Source: an uncultured Flavobacteriaceae bacterium
GTDB taxonomy: Bacteria > Bacteroidota > Bacteroidia > Flavobacteriales > Weeksellaceae
DNA: 64,000 nucleotides
NCBI GenBank assembly: GCA_963530615.1
Contig: CAUSDX010000003.1
Location: 22,181 to 86,180 of the forward strand
Reading direction: 5' to 3'
Shown: in pieces, positions 31,369 through 40,978 of the stretch
How positions within the stretch are numbered: the first letter of the stretch is position 1
Layout of the letters: each line of letters starts with the position of its first letter
Made by a program: the position numbers and the translations under genes
The notes under the pieces: model-generated
Database searches by the model: none
Told to the model about the DNA's origin: nothing
The model's input: only the letters and a program-made list of their open reading frames with translations

Positions 31369-32268
31369 TTATGTATAATACAAATCATCCATGTTAGATT
31401 TTAGGAACCTCCAAGTAGCAAAAATAGTGCTTAATACAGTAATCGTAATACCCACAAAAACAACTCCTAAAATCAACCAAACAAACTGGCTCGTATCCTG
31501 TACAAAAGCATCGCCGATTTCTTTAGTGAAATAATACCATGCCACGGATAAGAGTAAAATTCCTATTATCGCTCCTATAATCCCAATAATAACCGCCTCT
31601 TTAATGAAAGGCTTTAAAATAAACCTTCTCCTTGCTCCTACGAGTTGCATAGTCTTAATAATAAATCTTTTAGAAAAGATTTTCAAACGAATAGAACTAT
31701 TAATTAAGATAATTGCTATCACCAAAAACAGCACCGCAAACCCTACAATCCATAGCAAGATTCTATTCAGATTATAATAGACCTTTTGTGTAAGCTCACT
31801 ATCATTCTTTACTTCCGAAACACCCTTTACTTCACTTAATTGTTTTATTACTCCGTTTATTTTCTCTGGTGCAATATATTCTGGTTTAAGAGTTACCTCA
31901 ATCGATGGCGGAAATATATGCTCTTCAAATAATGCCTCTGCATCTATCCCTAATTGTTTCCTTGCAATAACGGAAGCCTCTTCTCTGGTAATAAATCTCG
32001 CTTTCTTTACTGCTGGGTTTTGTGAAACTAATTTATAAGTTTCCTGATGATATTCATCTGCTTTCTTCGCTTCCCTTGGGTCCAAATACTCTTGGAAATA
32101 AACCTCTACAACCAATTGTTCTTTGATATAATCAGAATATTTCTGTGCATTGATAAGAATTAACCCAAAAAGTCCTACTAAAAATAACACCAGTGAAATA
32201 CTGATAGTTACCGTAATATTACTAGAACGCAATCTCCTTTTATTAAACTCATCTACTGTATTTGCCAT
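31369..32268 (-). CDS. ftsX: cell division protein FtsX (permease-like)
   Basis: 299 aa with TM1, a periplasmic domain and 3 further TMs, including the MQLVGA motif. Confidence 0.85.
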   Translation of the reverse strand: MANTVDEFNKRRLRSSNITVTISISLVLFLVGLFGLILINAQKYSDYIKEQLVVEVYFQEYLDPREAKKADEYHQETYKLVSQNPAVKKARFITREEASVIARKQLGIDAEALFEEHIFPPSIEVTLKPEYIAPEKINGVIKQLSEVKGVSEVKNDSELTQKVYYNLNRILLWIVGFAVLFLVIAIILINSSIRLKIFSKRFIIKTMQLVGARRRFILKPFIKEAVIIGIIGAIIGILLLSVAWYYFTKEIGDAFVQDTSQFVWLILGVVFVGITITVLSTIFATWRFLKSNMDDLYYT

Positions 32269-32424
32269 GCGATAATTTTTTTGCTAAAATATGAAAATTC
32301 TTCTGAAGTCAAAAAAGTTACAAAAAAATCAGTGTTAATGAAATCATAAATTTTAATAATTCATCTTCTTCTTTCTTCATCACTTTAATGAATACTAAAA
32401 GCCTTATAAAATGGACACCCTATT

Positions 32425-32563
32425 CTCTCTAAAAAATCTCTCGTGAGTTTTCCTAAAAACTCTCTTATGATTTCTCTAAAACTCTCTTATAATTTCTCTA
32501 AAACTCTCGTGAGATTTTTGCTAATCTCTTTAGAGTTTTATAAAATACTCTCTTATAAATTAT
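32425..32563. repeat. degenerate 22-24-bp tandem repeat (4 direct units plus an inverted/partial unit)
   Basis: The units ctctaaaa(a)ctctc(ttat|gtgag)Ratt(t) have 'cta' anchors at 32429, 32453, 32476 and 32498. The following segment ctctttagagtttta is an inverted copy. Confidence 0.8.
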
Positions 32564-32683
32564 TTTAGTCATACTTTTCATACTATAAATCCTCACTTAT
32601 AAAATTATTTTTTAACCTTAAAAAAGTCTTTTTCATTACCACTTATTTACCTCTACTTCCTCCTTTATTTTTAAGAAAAACCT

Positions 32684-32691
32684 TACATTTG
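32684..32691 (+). promoter_or_regulatory. Bacteroidota -7 promoter box (TACATTTG)
   Basis: Matches TAnnTTTG, 20 nt upstream of the ATG at 32711. Confidence 0.55.
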
Positions 32692-32710
32692 CTAAAATTT
32701 AGAAAGTATC

Positions 32711-33484
32711 ATGAGCGTAAAAGCAAAGAAGCATCTCGGTCAGCATTTCTTAACTGATGAAAATATTGCAAGAAAAATTACCAATGGTCTCCACTTTGAG
32801 GGATATCAAAAGGTCTTAGAAGTAGGGCCAGGCATGGGTGTTTTAACCAAATACCTTTTAGAAAAAGACACAGAAACCTTTGTCGCAGAAATAGATACAG
32901 AATCTATCATTTACTTAAAAGAACATTATCCAAAATTAACTGACAAGTATTTTACAGGGGATTTCTTAAAGCTAAACTTCTCAGAGGTATTCCCTAATGA
33001 ACAAGTTGGTATTATCGGAAACTTTCCTTATAACATATCTTCACAAATACTCTTCCATATCATTGAAAATTATCATCAAATCCCTGAGATGACGGGCATG
33101 TTTCAAAAAGAAGTAGCAGAAAGAACGGCCGCAGTACCTCGCACGAAAGATTATGGAATTTTATCCGTAATGGTACAGGCATACTATGATGTGAAATATC
33201 TATTTACCGTTCATGAAAATGTATTTAATCCCCCACCAAAAGTAAAATCAGGGGTAATCACTCTCACCAGAAACCCCAAAGAAGGTCTGGCTGGAAATGA
33301 GATTTTATTCAAAAAAATTGTGAAGGCTGGTTTTAACCAAAGAAGAAAAAAACTTAGCAATGCCTTGAAAATTCTAAATATCCCACAAGAGATTCTGGGG
33401 CATGACTTTCTCAATCGCCGTGCAGAAGAGTTATCAGTAGAAGATTTTATCTTATTTACTCAAGAGTGGAAAAAGAGTCTTTAA
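32711..33484 (+). CDS. rsmA: 16S rRNA (adenine1518/1519-N6)-dimethyltransferase
   Basis: 257 aa. KKHLGQHFL, EVGPGMGVLT and GNFPYNISS are present. Confidence 0.93.
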   Translation: MSVKAKKHLGQHFLTDENIARKITNGLHFEGYQKVLEVGPGMGVLTKYLLEKDTETFVAEIDTESIIYLKEHYPKLTDKYFTGDFLKLNFSEVFPNEQVGIIGNFPYNISSQILFHIIENYHQIPEMTGMFQKEVAERTAAVPRTKDYGILSVMVQAYYDVKYLFTVHENVFNPPPKVKSGVITLTRNPKEGLAGNEILFKKIVKAGFNQRRKKLSNALKILNIPQEILGHDFLNRRAEELSVEDFILFTQEWKKSL

Positions 33485-33548
33485 CTAAAAACCCTCTTAT
33501 GAATTAAATATTTTTCTTTGTTTTTTCTCAAAATAAACCTTATCAACT

Positions 33549-34244
33549 ATGTCTTTACAAATTATAGATTTAACAAAAAATTTCGGAGAACAAACTGCTC
33601 TCAATAATATTAACCTTAACATTAAAAAGAATGAAATAGTGGGACTTCTCGGTCCTAATGGAGCAGGAAAATCTACGCTTATGAAATCCATAACGGGCGT
33701 TCTCAAAATAGAAACAGGACAAATTTTATTTCAAGGAAAAGATATTAGTCAATCTCCCATAGAGAGTAAAAAAAATATCGGTTTTCTTCCTGAAAATAAT
33801 CCGTTATATCAAGATATGTTTGTCAAAGAATATCTCAATTTTGTAGCAAACATTCACAAAATATCTTCTAAAATAGTAAATGAAGTCATTGACTTAGTAG
33901 GCATTACTCCCGAAAAATCAAAAAAAATCTCTCAACTCTCCAAAGGATATAAACAAAGAGTTGGCTTGGCTCAGGCCATTATTCATCAACCTGACTTACT
34001 TATTCTTGATGAACCTACGAATGGTCTTGACCCTAACCAAATCATAGAAATCCGAAACCTCATCAAAGAGATTAGCCTCGAAAAAACTATTATTCTCTCG
34101 ACTCATATCATGCAGGAAGTAGAAGCCCTCTGCTCTCGCGTGATTCTAATCCATAAAGGAAACATTCTCCAAGATTGCTCTATAGAAGATTTCAAAGGTA
34201 AATTCCAAAACCTTGAAGAAGCTTTTCAATATTATACAAAATAG
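33549..34244 (+). CDS. ABC transporter ATP-binding protein (ABC-2/GldA-like)
   Basis: 231 aa with Walker A (GPNGAGKST), signature (LSKGYKQRV) and Walker B (LLILDEP). It resembles GldA but is shorter, about 230 versus about 300 aa. Confidence 0.85.
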   Translation: MSLQIIDLTKNFGEQTALNNINLNIKKNEIVGLLGPNGAGKSTLMKSITGVLKIETGQILFQGKDISQSPIESKKNIGFLPENNPLYQDMFVKEYLNFVANIHKISSKIVNEVIDLVGITPEKSKKISQLSKGYKQRVGLAQAIIHQPDLLILDEPTNGLDPNQIIEIRNLIKEISLEKTIILSTHIMQEVEALCSRVILIHKGNILQDCSIEDFKGKFQNLEEAFQYYTK

Positions 34245-34272
34245 ACTATCTTTTAGATAGTCTATTTTTTTA

Positions 34273-35241
34273 TTACTTTCCGTTTTTATATAGAATATTA
34301 TTTAATCTAATGATAAAATCTACATTCCTAACCCCTGGCGTTACATCTTCTAAATCAATTTTATAAATTTGATTATTTTTCACTGCATTAGTATTCTTCA
34401 AGACAGGATTAGTTCTAAAAATTTCCATCTTTTCCTCTACTGGCTCTGGACGAGATTTAATATCTATTATAAAAATAGCATCTGGATTTCTTTCTAAAAC
34501 ACTCTCAGGAGTTACAAATTCAAATCTTTCATGTAAGTCTTGATATATGTTTATCCCATGAGCTTTATTGACAAGGTCTGTAGCTAACGCACTAAAAGCT
34601 GCTATTCCTCCTCTATATGAAAGTATTAAAACTTTCTTCTTTTTGCTATTTTCTGGATTAACAAAATCTTTTTGTGCTACTTCCAGCTTCTTTTTCATTT
34701 TATTAACTAAATCCTTAGCTCTATCTTCAACATTAAAAATTCTACCTAATAAATGAATATCATCATAAACATCATTTAATGTAGGATTAGGAATATCATC
34801 TAAACTTCTAAGATTATAAGGAGATATACCTAATTTCATCAATTCCTCTGGAGAACCCGCTGTCTCTGCGTTTATATTTCCTGCTGCAAAATCTGGTTTT
34901 GACAATAAAAATGCTTCTTTATCCATCCTAAAACCATGACCTTTAAGTTTTTGAGGTACTTTTTCATAAGCTTTTCTAAACTCAGGAAGTAATTCTCCCT
35001 CTGTACTCCCTATAATAATCTTATCTTCTAAGCCTAACGCTAAAAGAATTTCGGTAGTATATGGGTTAAAAAGTGCCGCTCTCTGAGGCGGAGAAGTAAT
35101 CTCTACAGGAATATCTCTACCTCCATCCTTATAGATGTATTCCACTTTTTGCATTTTACCAACCTCCGATTTTTTAGAGTTATCCTTATCTGAACAAGAT
35201 AATATTGACAAAAGGATAAAAACTGAACATAACTTCTTCAT
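34273..35241 (-). CDS. ABC-type iron/siderophore/heme substrate-binding lipoprotein
   Basis: 322 aa with a lipobox (LSILSCS). It looks like a type-8 periplasmic binding protein and is adjacent to the TonB-dependent receptor. Confidence 0.75.
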   Translation of the reverse strand: MKKLCSVFILLSILSCSDKDNSKKSEVGKMQKVEYIYKDGGRDIPVEITSPPQRAALFNPYTTEILLALGLEDKIIIGSTEGELLPEFRKAYEKVPQKLKGHGFRMDKEAFLLSKPDFAAGNINAETAGSPEELMKLGISPYNLRSLDDIPNPTLNDVYDDIHLLGRIFNVEDRAKDLVNKMKKKLEVAQKDFVNPENSKKKKVLILSYRGGIAAFSALATDLVNKAHGINIYQDLHERFEFVTPESVLERNPDAIFIIDIKSRPEPVEEKMEIFRTNPVLKNTNAVKNNQIYKIDLEDVTPGVRNVDFIIRLNNILYKNGK

Positions 35242-35261
35242 AATTTTCTATTTTATACTAT

Positions 35262-37496
35262 TTAAAAACTATACTTAATATTAAACATTACATTTCTAGG
35301 TGTTCCTGGGAATAATCTTGTATAATCAAAAGCTCCTAACCAATAGGTCTTATTAAACACATTTCCTACATTCACAGCTAATTGAACTTTTTTCAATTTA
35401 TAATAAACAGCAGCATCTACTACCATATAAGAAGGAACTGTTAGACTTCTGTCTATCCATGCTATTTTTTCTCCCACATAATTTCCACCAATTCCTATCC
35501 CAAAATTTTGCAATGCACCCCGAGTTACATCATATCTTGTCCAAAAATTGAAACTATGTTTAGGAGTATTTTCTTTTCTATATTTTTCACCATTCTCTTT
35601 TAAATTTGCATCAATAAAAGAGTATCCAGCATTAATTTGCCAATTTGGCAAGATTCTTCCTGTAACTTCTAACTCTACCCCTTGAGAGCGTTGATTAGCT
35701 CCTTGTTTTTTCAATTCATTAGAGTCATTAGGATCATCTGTTAATACATTTTTTTGATGAATGTTAAAATATGCTACACTCGCATTTAATTTTCCATTTA
35801 ACCACTCTGTTTTTAGTCCTCCTTCAAACATTTTTGAAGACATAGGAGCAAATGGACCACCATAAGCTGTAGTTCCTAAATAAGCGTTAGTCTGTACCTC
35901 AAATCCTTCTATATAAGATGTATATACATTTACATTCTTAGAAGCTTTATATATAGCACCTACCCTTTTCAGTAATTTGTGCTGTCTCGTAACCACTTCA
36001 TTTTTAAGATTATAATTAGTTTTATCCAAATACCATTCTTGTCTAATTCCTAAATTAAGGATAAAATTCCCATAACTCATTTGGTTCATTAAATAAATCC
36101 CATTAGTCATAAAGTGCAAAGGAGTTATTTCTCTATTTTGAAAAATATAGTCATTCAAATTAGCTACAAGATATTTAGGATTTTCTAAATCAAAATGAGG
36201 CACATTAGGCACTGGATTTCCCTTATCATCTGTTACATAATCAGATATTTTGTTAACATCAAACTTATTTGCTGTTTTTCCATTTTTTAATCTATAACCT
36301 CTTGCTCTATTCCAACCTCCATTTCTACTCACCTCAAAAGCACTTAAGTCATACCCAAAAACTACTTTATTTTTTAATTTCCCTAAATTAAAATCTACAT
36401 TAAAATAAGCATTAAAATTATCTGAATATACCTTTTGTTCTCTACGAGAAATCTGCATTTCTACTAAAGTTGGTATAGCTTTCCCAGTCTTATCCTGAGC
36501 AAATTTATTAGCAGTCCTATGCTCTAATAAATCTTCATCCCAAATATGTTTCATATACGCCATATTAACCCCTACTTTATCTGAAAACTGATGAGATAAA
36601 CTACTCATAACAGTAAGGTTAATATTTTTATTATAATCATTAGAAGCACCGATAGCAAAATTTATAGGAGTAGTTCGTAAATCTGCACTCTGACCTTTCT
36701 TCACACCAAAAATTGGCTGACCTCTATCTAACTTAGAATTAGTATTTGTAAAAACTAACTCTAAATTTACCCGTGTTTTTTCATTAGGGACATAACTAAT
36801 AGTAGGAGCTATCACATAAGATTTATTTCCTTGCAAATCTCTAAAACTTTGAGAATTCTCATATCCTAAATTCAAACGATATAATAAACTTTTTGATTTC
36901 TCTAAAGGACCTGTAAAATCTAATGTACTTCTTATTGTTCCATAACTTCCTATCGTAAGATCTACCTCTTTTCTATTAACACTTAAAGGTTTTTTAGTTA
37001 CCATATTGATAGACCCTCCAGCATTAGCACTTGCAAATGTAATACTTGCAGGGCCTTTTATCACTTCTATTCTCTCTAAGTTAATTGTTAGTGGTGGTGT
37101 AATATAACTGGAAAATGCTGTCATCCCGTTAATCAACCGATTATTATCCCTATTTCCCCAACCTTGAGTAACCCCTCTAATTGAGTAATGACTATAATAA
37201 CTGGTAGTACTTACCCCCGTTACATTCTTTAATGCATCTCCCATTCTAAAAACCTGCCTATCTGACAAAAGTTCTTTAGTAACTGTAGAGATAGATTGAG
37301 GGACCTCCATATTTTTCAAAGCAATTTTTGAAGAAGAAAAAGAATAATCACTATTGTAATCATTCCTTGCTCTCCCAACAATCTCCAATGTCTGTAATAT
37401 TTTCTCAGGGTTAGTCAAACTATCTTTAACTACCTCTTGACCAAAAACTCCAATGAAGGCCATCAAACTAGAAGCCAACAACACTTTTTTGTTCAT
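35262..37496 (-). CDS. TonB-dependent (siderophore-type) outer membrane receptor
   Basis: 744 aa with a signal peptide, a plug domain (IEVIKGPAS), a beta-barrel and a C-terminal aromatic residue (YSF). Confidence 0.9.
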   Translation of the reverse strand: MNKKVLLASSLMAFIGVFGQEVVKDSLTNPEKILQTLEIVGRARNDYNSDYSFSSSKIALKNMEVPQSISTVTKELLSDRQVFRMGDALKNVTGVSTTSYYSHYSIRGVTQGWGNRDNNRLINGMTAFSSYITPPLTINLERIEVIKGPASITFASANAGGSINMVTKKPLSVNRKEVDLTIGSYGTIRSTLDFTGPLEKSKSLLYRLNLGYENSQSFRDLQGNKSYVIAPTISYVPNEKTRVNLELVFTNTNSKLDRGQPIFGVKKGQSADLRTTPINFAIGASNDYNKNINLTVMSSLSHQFSDKVGVNMAYMKHIWDEDLLEHRTANKFAQDKTGKAIPTLVEMQISRREQKVYSDNFNAYFNVDFNLGKLKNKVVFGYDLSAFEVSRNGGWNRARGYRLKNGKTANKFDVNKISDYVTDDKGNPVPNVPHFDLENPKYLVANLNDYIFQNREITPLHFMTNGIYLMNQMSYGNFILNLGIRQEWYLDKTNYNLKNEVVTRQHKLLKRVGAIYKASKNVNVYTSYIEGFEVQTNAYLGTTAYGGPFAPMSSKMFEGGLKTEWLNGKLNASVAYFNIHQKNVLTDDPNDSNELKKQGANQRSQGVELEVTGRILPNWQINAGYSFIDANLKENGEKYRKENTPKHSFNFWTRYDVTRGALQNFGIGIGGNYVGEKIAWIDRSLTVPSYMVVDAAVYYKLKKVQLAVNVGNVFNKTYWLGAFDYTRLFPGTPRNVMFNIKYSF

Positions 37497-37609
37497 AATT
37501 AATTATAATTTACATTCAACCCCGCAAAGATATTACTTAATTTATTTTAATAACAAATATCTCCCATGACTTTTATCACTTTTTATACATTTAATAACAC
37601 TATATAAAC

Positions 37610-37645
37610 ATAAAAAAACTCACTTCTTAAGAAATGAGTTTTTTG
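37610..37645 (-). terminator. intrinsic terminator after gyrB
   Basis: Roughly 10-bp stem aaactcacttc/gaaatgagttt (one mismatch), followed by a T-run on the minus strand. Confidence 0.6.
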
Positions 37646-37659
37646 TCTAACGCATAAAA

Positions 37660-39594
37660 CTATGCATCAATATTTGCATACCTTGCATTCTGCTCTATAA
37701 ATTCTCTTCTTGGCGGAACTTCATCTCCCATCAACATAGAGAAAACCCTATCAGCTTCTGCTGCATTTTCTATATTTACTTGCTTTAAGAAACGGTTTTC
37801 TGGATTCATCGTAGTCTCTGCAAGTTGTTCTGCATTCATCTCTCCAAGCCCTTTATATCTCTGAATTTCTACTTTCCCATCAGGCGAAAGTTGATAAGCT
37901 TTTTCATCTCTATCCTTATCATTCCAAGCATAAACAGAAGTTTTACCTTTTCTCAACTGATAAAGTGGCGGTGTTGCAATATATACATACCCATTATCTA
38001 TCAATTCTCTCATATATCGGAAGAAAAATGTCAAAATCAATGTAGAAATATGAGAACCATCCACATCAGCATCGGTCATAATAACTACTTTATGATAACG
38101 CAATTTTGATAAATTTAAAGCCTTAGAGTCTTCCTCTGTACCCACTGATACCCCTAACGCCGTATAGATATTTTTAATCTCATCACTATCATACACCTTA
38201 TGAGTCAAAGCTTTTTCTACATTCAGAATTTTACCTTTTAATGGTAAAATCGCTTGAAACTCACTATTTCGTCCTTGTCTCGCCGTTCCTCCTGCAGAAT
38301 CTCCCTCTACAAGGAATAATTCACATACTGATGGATCTGTAGAAGAACAATCAGACAATTTACCAGGAAGACCACCTCCCCATAATGGAGTTTGCCTTTG
38401 TACAGTTTCTCTTGCTTTTTTTGCCGCAATACGAGCTTTCGCTGCTAAAATTACTTTTTGAACGATAACCTTAGCTTCTGCTGGATTTTCTTCTAAGAAA
38501 TTAGTGAGCATTTCACTCACCACACGGGATACCGCCCCTGATACTTCCGAGTTTCCTAATTTAGTTTTAGTTTGACCTTCAAACTGAGGTTCCATTACTT
38601 TCACAGAGACAATTGCCGTAAGACCTTCACGAAAATCTTCTCCAGAAATTTCCACTTTCTCTTTTTGTGGAATTCCTAAATCTTCGGCATACTTCTTCAA
38701 GGTAGTGGTCAAAGCTCTTCTAAAACCTGCTAAATGAGTTCCCCCTTCATGGGTGTTAATATTATTCACATAAGAATGGAGATTTTCACTAAAAGAATCA
38801 TTATAACGCATCGCTACCTCTACAGGAATCTCATCTTCGTCTCTGCTTTCTATATAGATAGGCTGAGCCATTAAACCTACTCTATTACCATCAATATATT
38901 CTACAAATTCTTTTAGTCCTCCTTCTGAAAAGAATGTTTCTGACTTAAAGTTACCATTTTCACCTTTTTCTCTCTCATCCGTTAACTTAATCGTAATTCC
39001 CTTATTCAAATAGGATAATTCACGCAAACGATTTGCCAGAGTATCATAATTATATACTAATTCATTAAAAATAGTATCATCTGGCTGGAAAAACTGCTCC
39101 GTTCCTCTCTTATCACTAATTCCCACTTCTTCTACGGCTGTAATTGCCTTTCCTTTTTGGTATTTTTGCTGATAGATTTTTCCATCACGATAGACACGAG
39201 TAGTCATATCCGTAGAAAGTGCATTCACACAAGAAACCCCTACCCCATGCAATCCTCCAGATACCTTATAAGATTCTTTATCAAATTTCCCTCCCGCACC
39301 AATCTTAGTCATAACTACCTCTAGCGCAGACTTTTGCTCTTTTTCATGAAAATCCACTGGAATACCACGCCCGTTATCCGTTACCGTAATAGAATTCCCT
39401 TCATGAATGGTTACCGTGATAGTATCACAATACCCTGCCAAAGCTTCATCTATGGAGTTATCCACCACCTCATATACCAAATGATGAAGTCCTCTCACTC
39501 CCACATCACCGATGTACATAGAAGGACGCATACGCACATGCTCCATACCTTCTAATGCCTGAATACTACTTGCTGTATATTGTTTATTATCCAT
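37660..39594 (-). CDS. gyrB: DNA gyrase subunit B
   Basis: 644 aa. LEGMEHVRMRPSMYIG, GGLHGVG, EGDSAGG and PLKGKILNVE are present. Confidence 0.97.
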   Translation of the reverse strand: MDNKQYTASSIQALEGMEHVRMRPSMYIGDVGVRGLHHLVYEVVDNSIDEALAGYCDTITVTIHEGNSITVTDNGRGIPVDFHEKEQKSALEVVMTKIGAGGKFDKESYKVSGGLHGVGVSCVNALSTDMTTRVYRDGKIYQQKYQKGKAITAVEEVGISDKRGTEQFFQPDDTIFNELVYNYDTLANRLRELSYLNKGITIKLTDEREKGENGNFKSETFFSEGGLKEFVEYIDGNRVGLMAQPIYIESRDEDEIPVEVAMRYNDSFSENLHSYVNNINTHEGGTHLAGFRRALTTTLKKYAEDLGIPQKEKVEISGEDFREGLTAIVSVKVMEPQFEGQTKTKLGNSEVSGAVSRVVSEMLTNFLEENPAEAKVIVQKVILAAKARIAAKKARETVQRQTPLWGGGLPGKLSDCSSTDPSVCELFLVEGDSAGGTARQGRNSEFQAILPLKGKILNVEKALTHKVYDSDEIKNIYTALGVSVGTEEDSKALNLSKLRYHKVVIMTDADVDGSHISTLILTFFFRYMRELIDNGYVYIATPPLYQLRKGKTSVYAWNDKDRDEKAYQLSPDGKVEIQRYKGLGEMNAEQLAETTMNPENRFLKQVNIENAAEADRVFSMLMGDEVPPRREFIEQNARYANIDA

Positions 39595-39755
39595 AATCTT
39601 ATGTTTAAAATTCTATATTTATTTAAAATAAAATACTCACAAATATCGTTATTTTTTTTCAAAATAAAAATAAAGTTAATATTTTTTAACAAAATTTTCT
39701 TCATATTATTTTTTATTCATAACTTCACAAAGTTTTAATTTTTCAAACTATAAAA

Positions 39756-40919
39756 ATGAAAGAGAGCAATAATCTTTTACTTCAAATCATCATTGCTATT
39801 GTATCAGGAATTACAATTGGACATTTCATTAATGAAGGCTTACTTCGCTTATTCCTAACCTTCAATGGTATTTTTAGTGAATTTTTAGGATTTTGCATTC
39901 CTCTTATTATCATAGGTCTCATCATCCCTTCTATTGGTAAATTGGGTCATACAGCGAGTAATATGGTTATCGTTGTCACTATTTTAGCATATATTTCCAC
40001 TATTCTATCCGCTTATACCTCTTATGGGGTGAGTATACTCACTTTTCCTCATTTATTAGAGGGGCAATTTCTTAACAGCGTCAATGAAATAGAAAATATA
40101 AAACCTTATTTCTCGCTAAAATTTCCACCTATTATAGATGTAATGAGTGCTTTACTTTTAGCTTTCATAATAGGTATTGGTATTTCAAAAATTCAAAATT
40201 CATACCTATTAAAAGTCTGTGAAGAATTTGAAAATATTATTTCTAATGTTATTGCAAAAATTCTCATTCCTGCACTTCCATTATATATTTTTGGTATATT
40301 CTTAAGCATGACTTATACTGGTGAAGTTTTTACCATTATCAATATCTTTGCAAAAATCATCGCGGTAATTTTTGGGTTACATATTCTGTATTTGGTTTTT
40401 CTTTTTGTAATTGCTGGAACAATAAGCAAAAAAAATCCATTCAAATTACTAATCACTATGATACCGGCATATTTCACAGCATTAGGAACTCAATCTTCCG
40501 CAGCAACGATTCCTGTATCGTTAGAACAAACCATCAAAAACGGAGTTTCTGAAAAAGTAGCTAAATTAACCATTCCTCTCTGTGCTACTATTCATCTTTC
40601 TGGTAGTGCTTTAAAAATAGTAGCTTGTACCATTGCTCTAATGATTGTCCAAGGAATGTCTATTGATTTTTGGGATTATGCAGGGTTTATCCTAATGCTA
40701 GGCATTGGTATGATTGCGGCTCCTGGGGTACCTGGTGGAGCCATTATGGCTGCCATAGGTATTATTGCTAACATGCTTGGATTTGATGAAAAAAATCAAG
40801 CACTTATGATTTCTCTTTACATTGCCATGGATAATTTTGGAACGGTAGGAAATGTAACGGGAGATTGTGCCATTGCTATTATTACCGATAGTATTTTCAA
40901 AAAGAAAAATATTAACTAA
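39756..40919 (+). CDS. dicarboxylate/amino acid:cation symporter (SstT-like)
   Basis: 387 aa, polytopic, with DAACS-family motifs (TQSSAATIPV, PGVPGGA). Confidence 0.85.
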   Translation: MKESNNLLLQIIIAIVSGITIGHFINEGLLRLFLTFNGIFSEFLGFCIPLIIIGLIIPSIGKLGHTASNMVIVVTILAYISTILSAYTSYGVSILTFPHLLEGQFLNSVNEIENIKPYFSLKFPPIIDVMSALLLAFIIGIGISKIQNSYLLKVCEEFENIISNVIAKILIPALPLYIFGIFLSMTYTGEVFTIINIFAKIIAVIFGLHILYLVFLFVIAGTISKKNPFKLLITMIPAYFTALGTQSSAATIPVSLEQTIKNGVSEKVAKLTIPLCATIHLSGSALKIVACTIALMIVQGMSIDFWDYAGFILMLGIGMIAAPGVPGGAIMAAIGIIANMLGFDEKNQALMISLYIAMDNFGTVGNVTGDCAIAIITDSIFKKKNIN

Positions 40920-40978
40920 TAAATTATATAAAAGTAGTTTCCATAAAAACGAAAACGCTTTATATTCTAAAATATCTT

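Noticed and set aside
33549-34244. Calling this ABC ATPase gldA.
   Set aside because: The sequence resembles GldA through the ATPase core but is about 70 aa shorter at the C-terminus, and there is no gldF/gldG context here. I kept it as a generic ABC-2-type ATPase.
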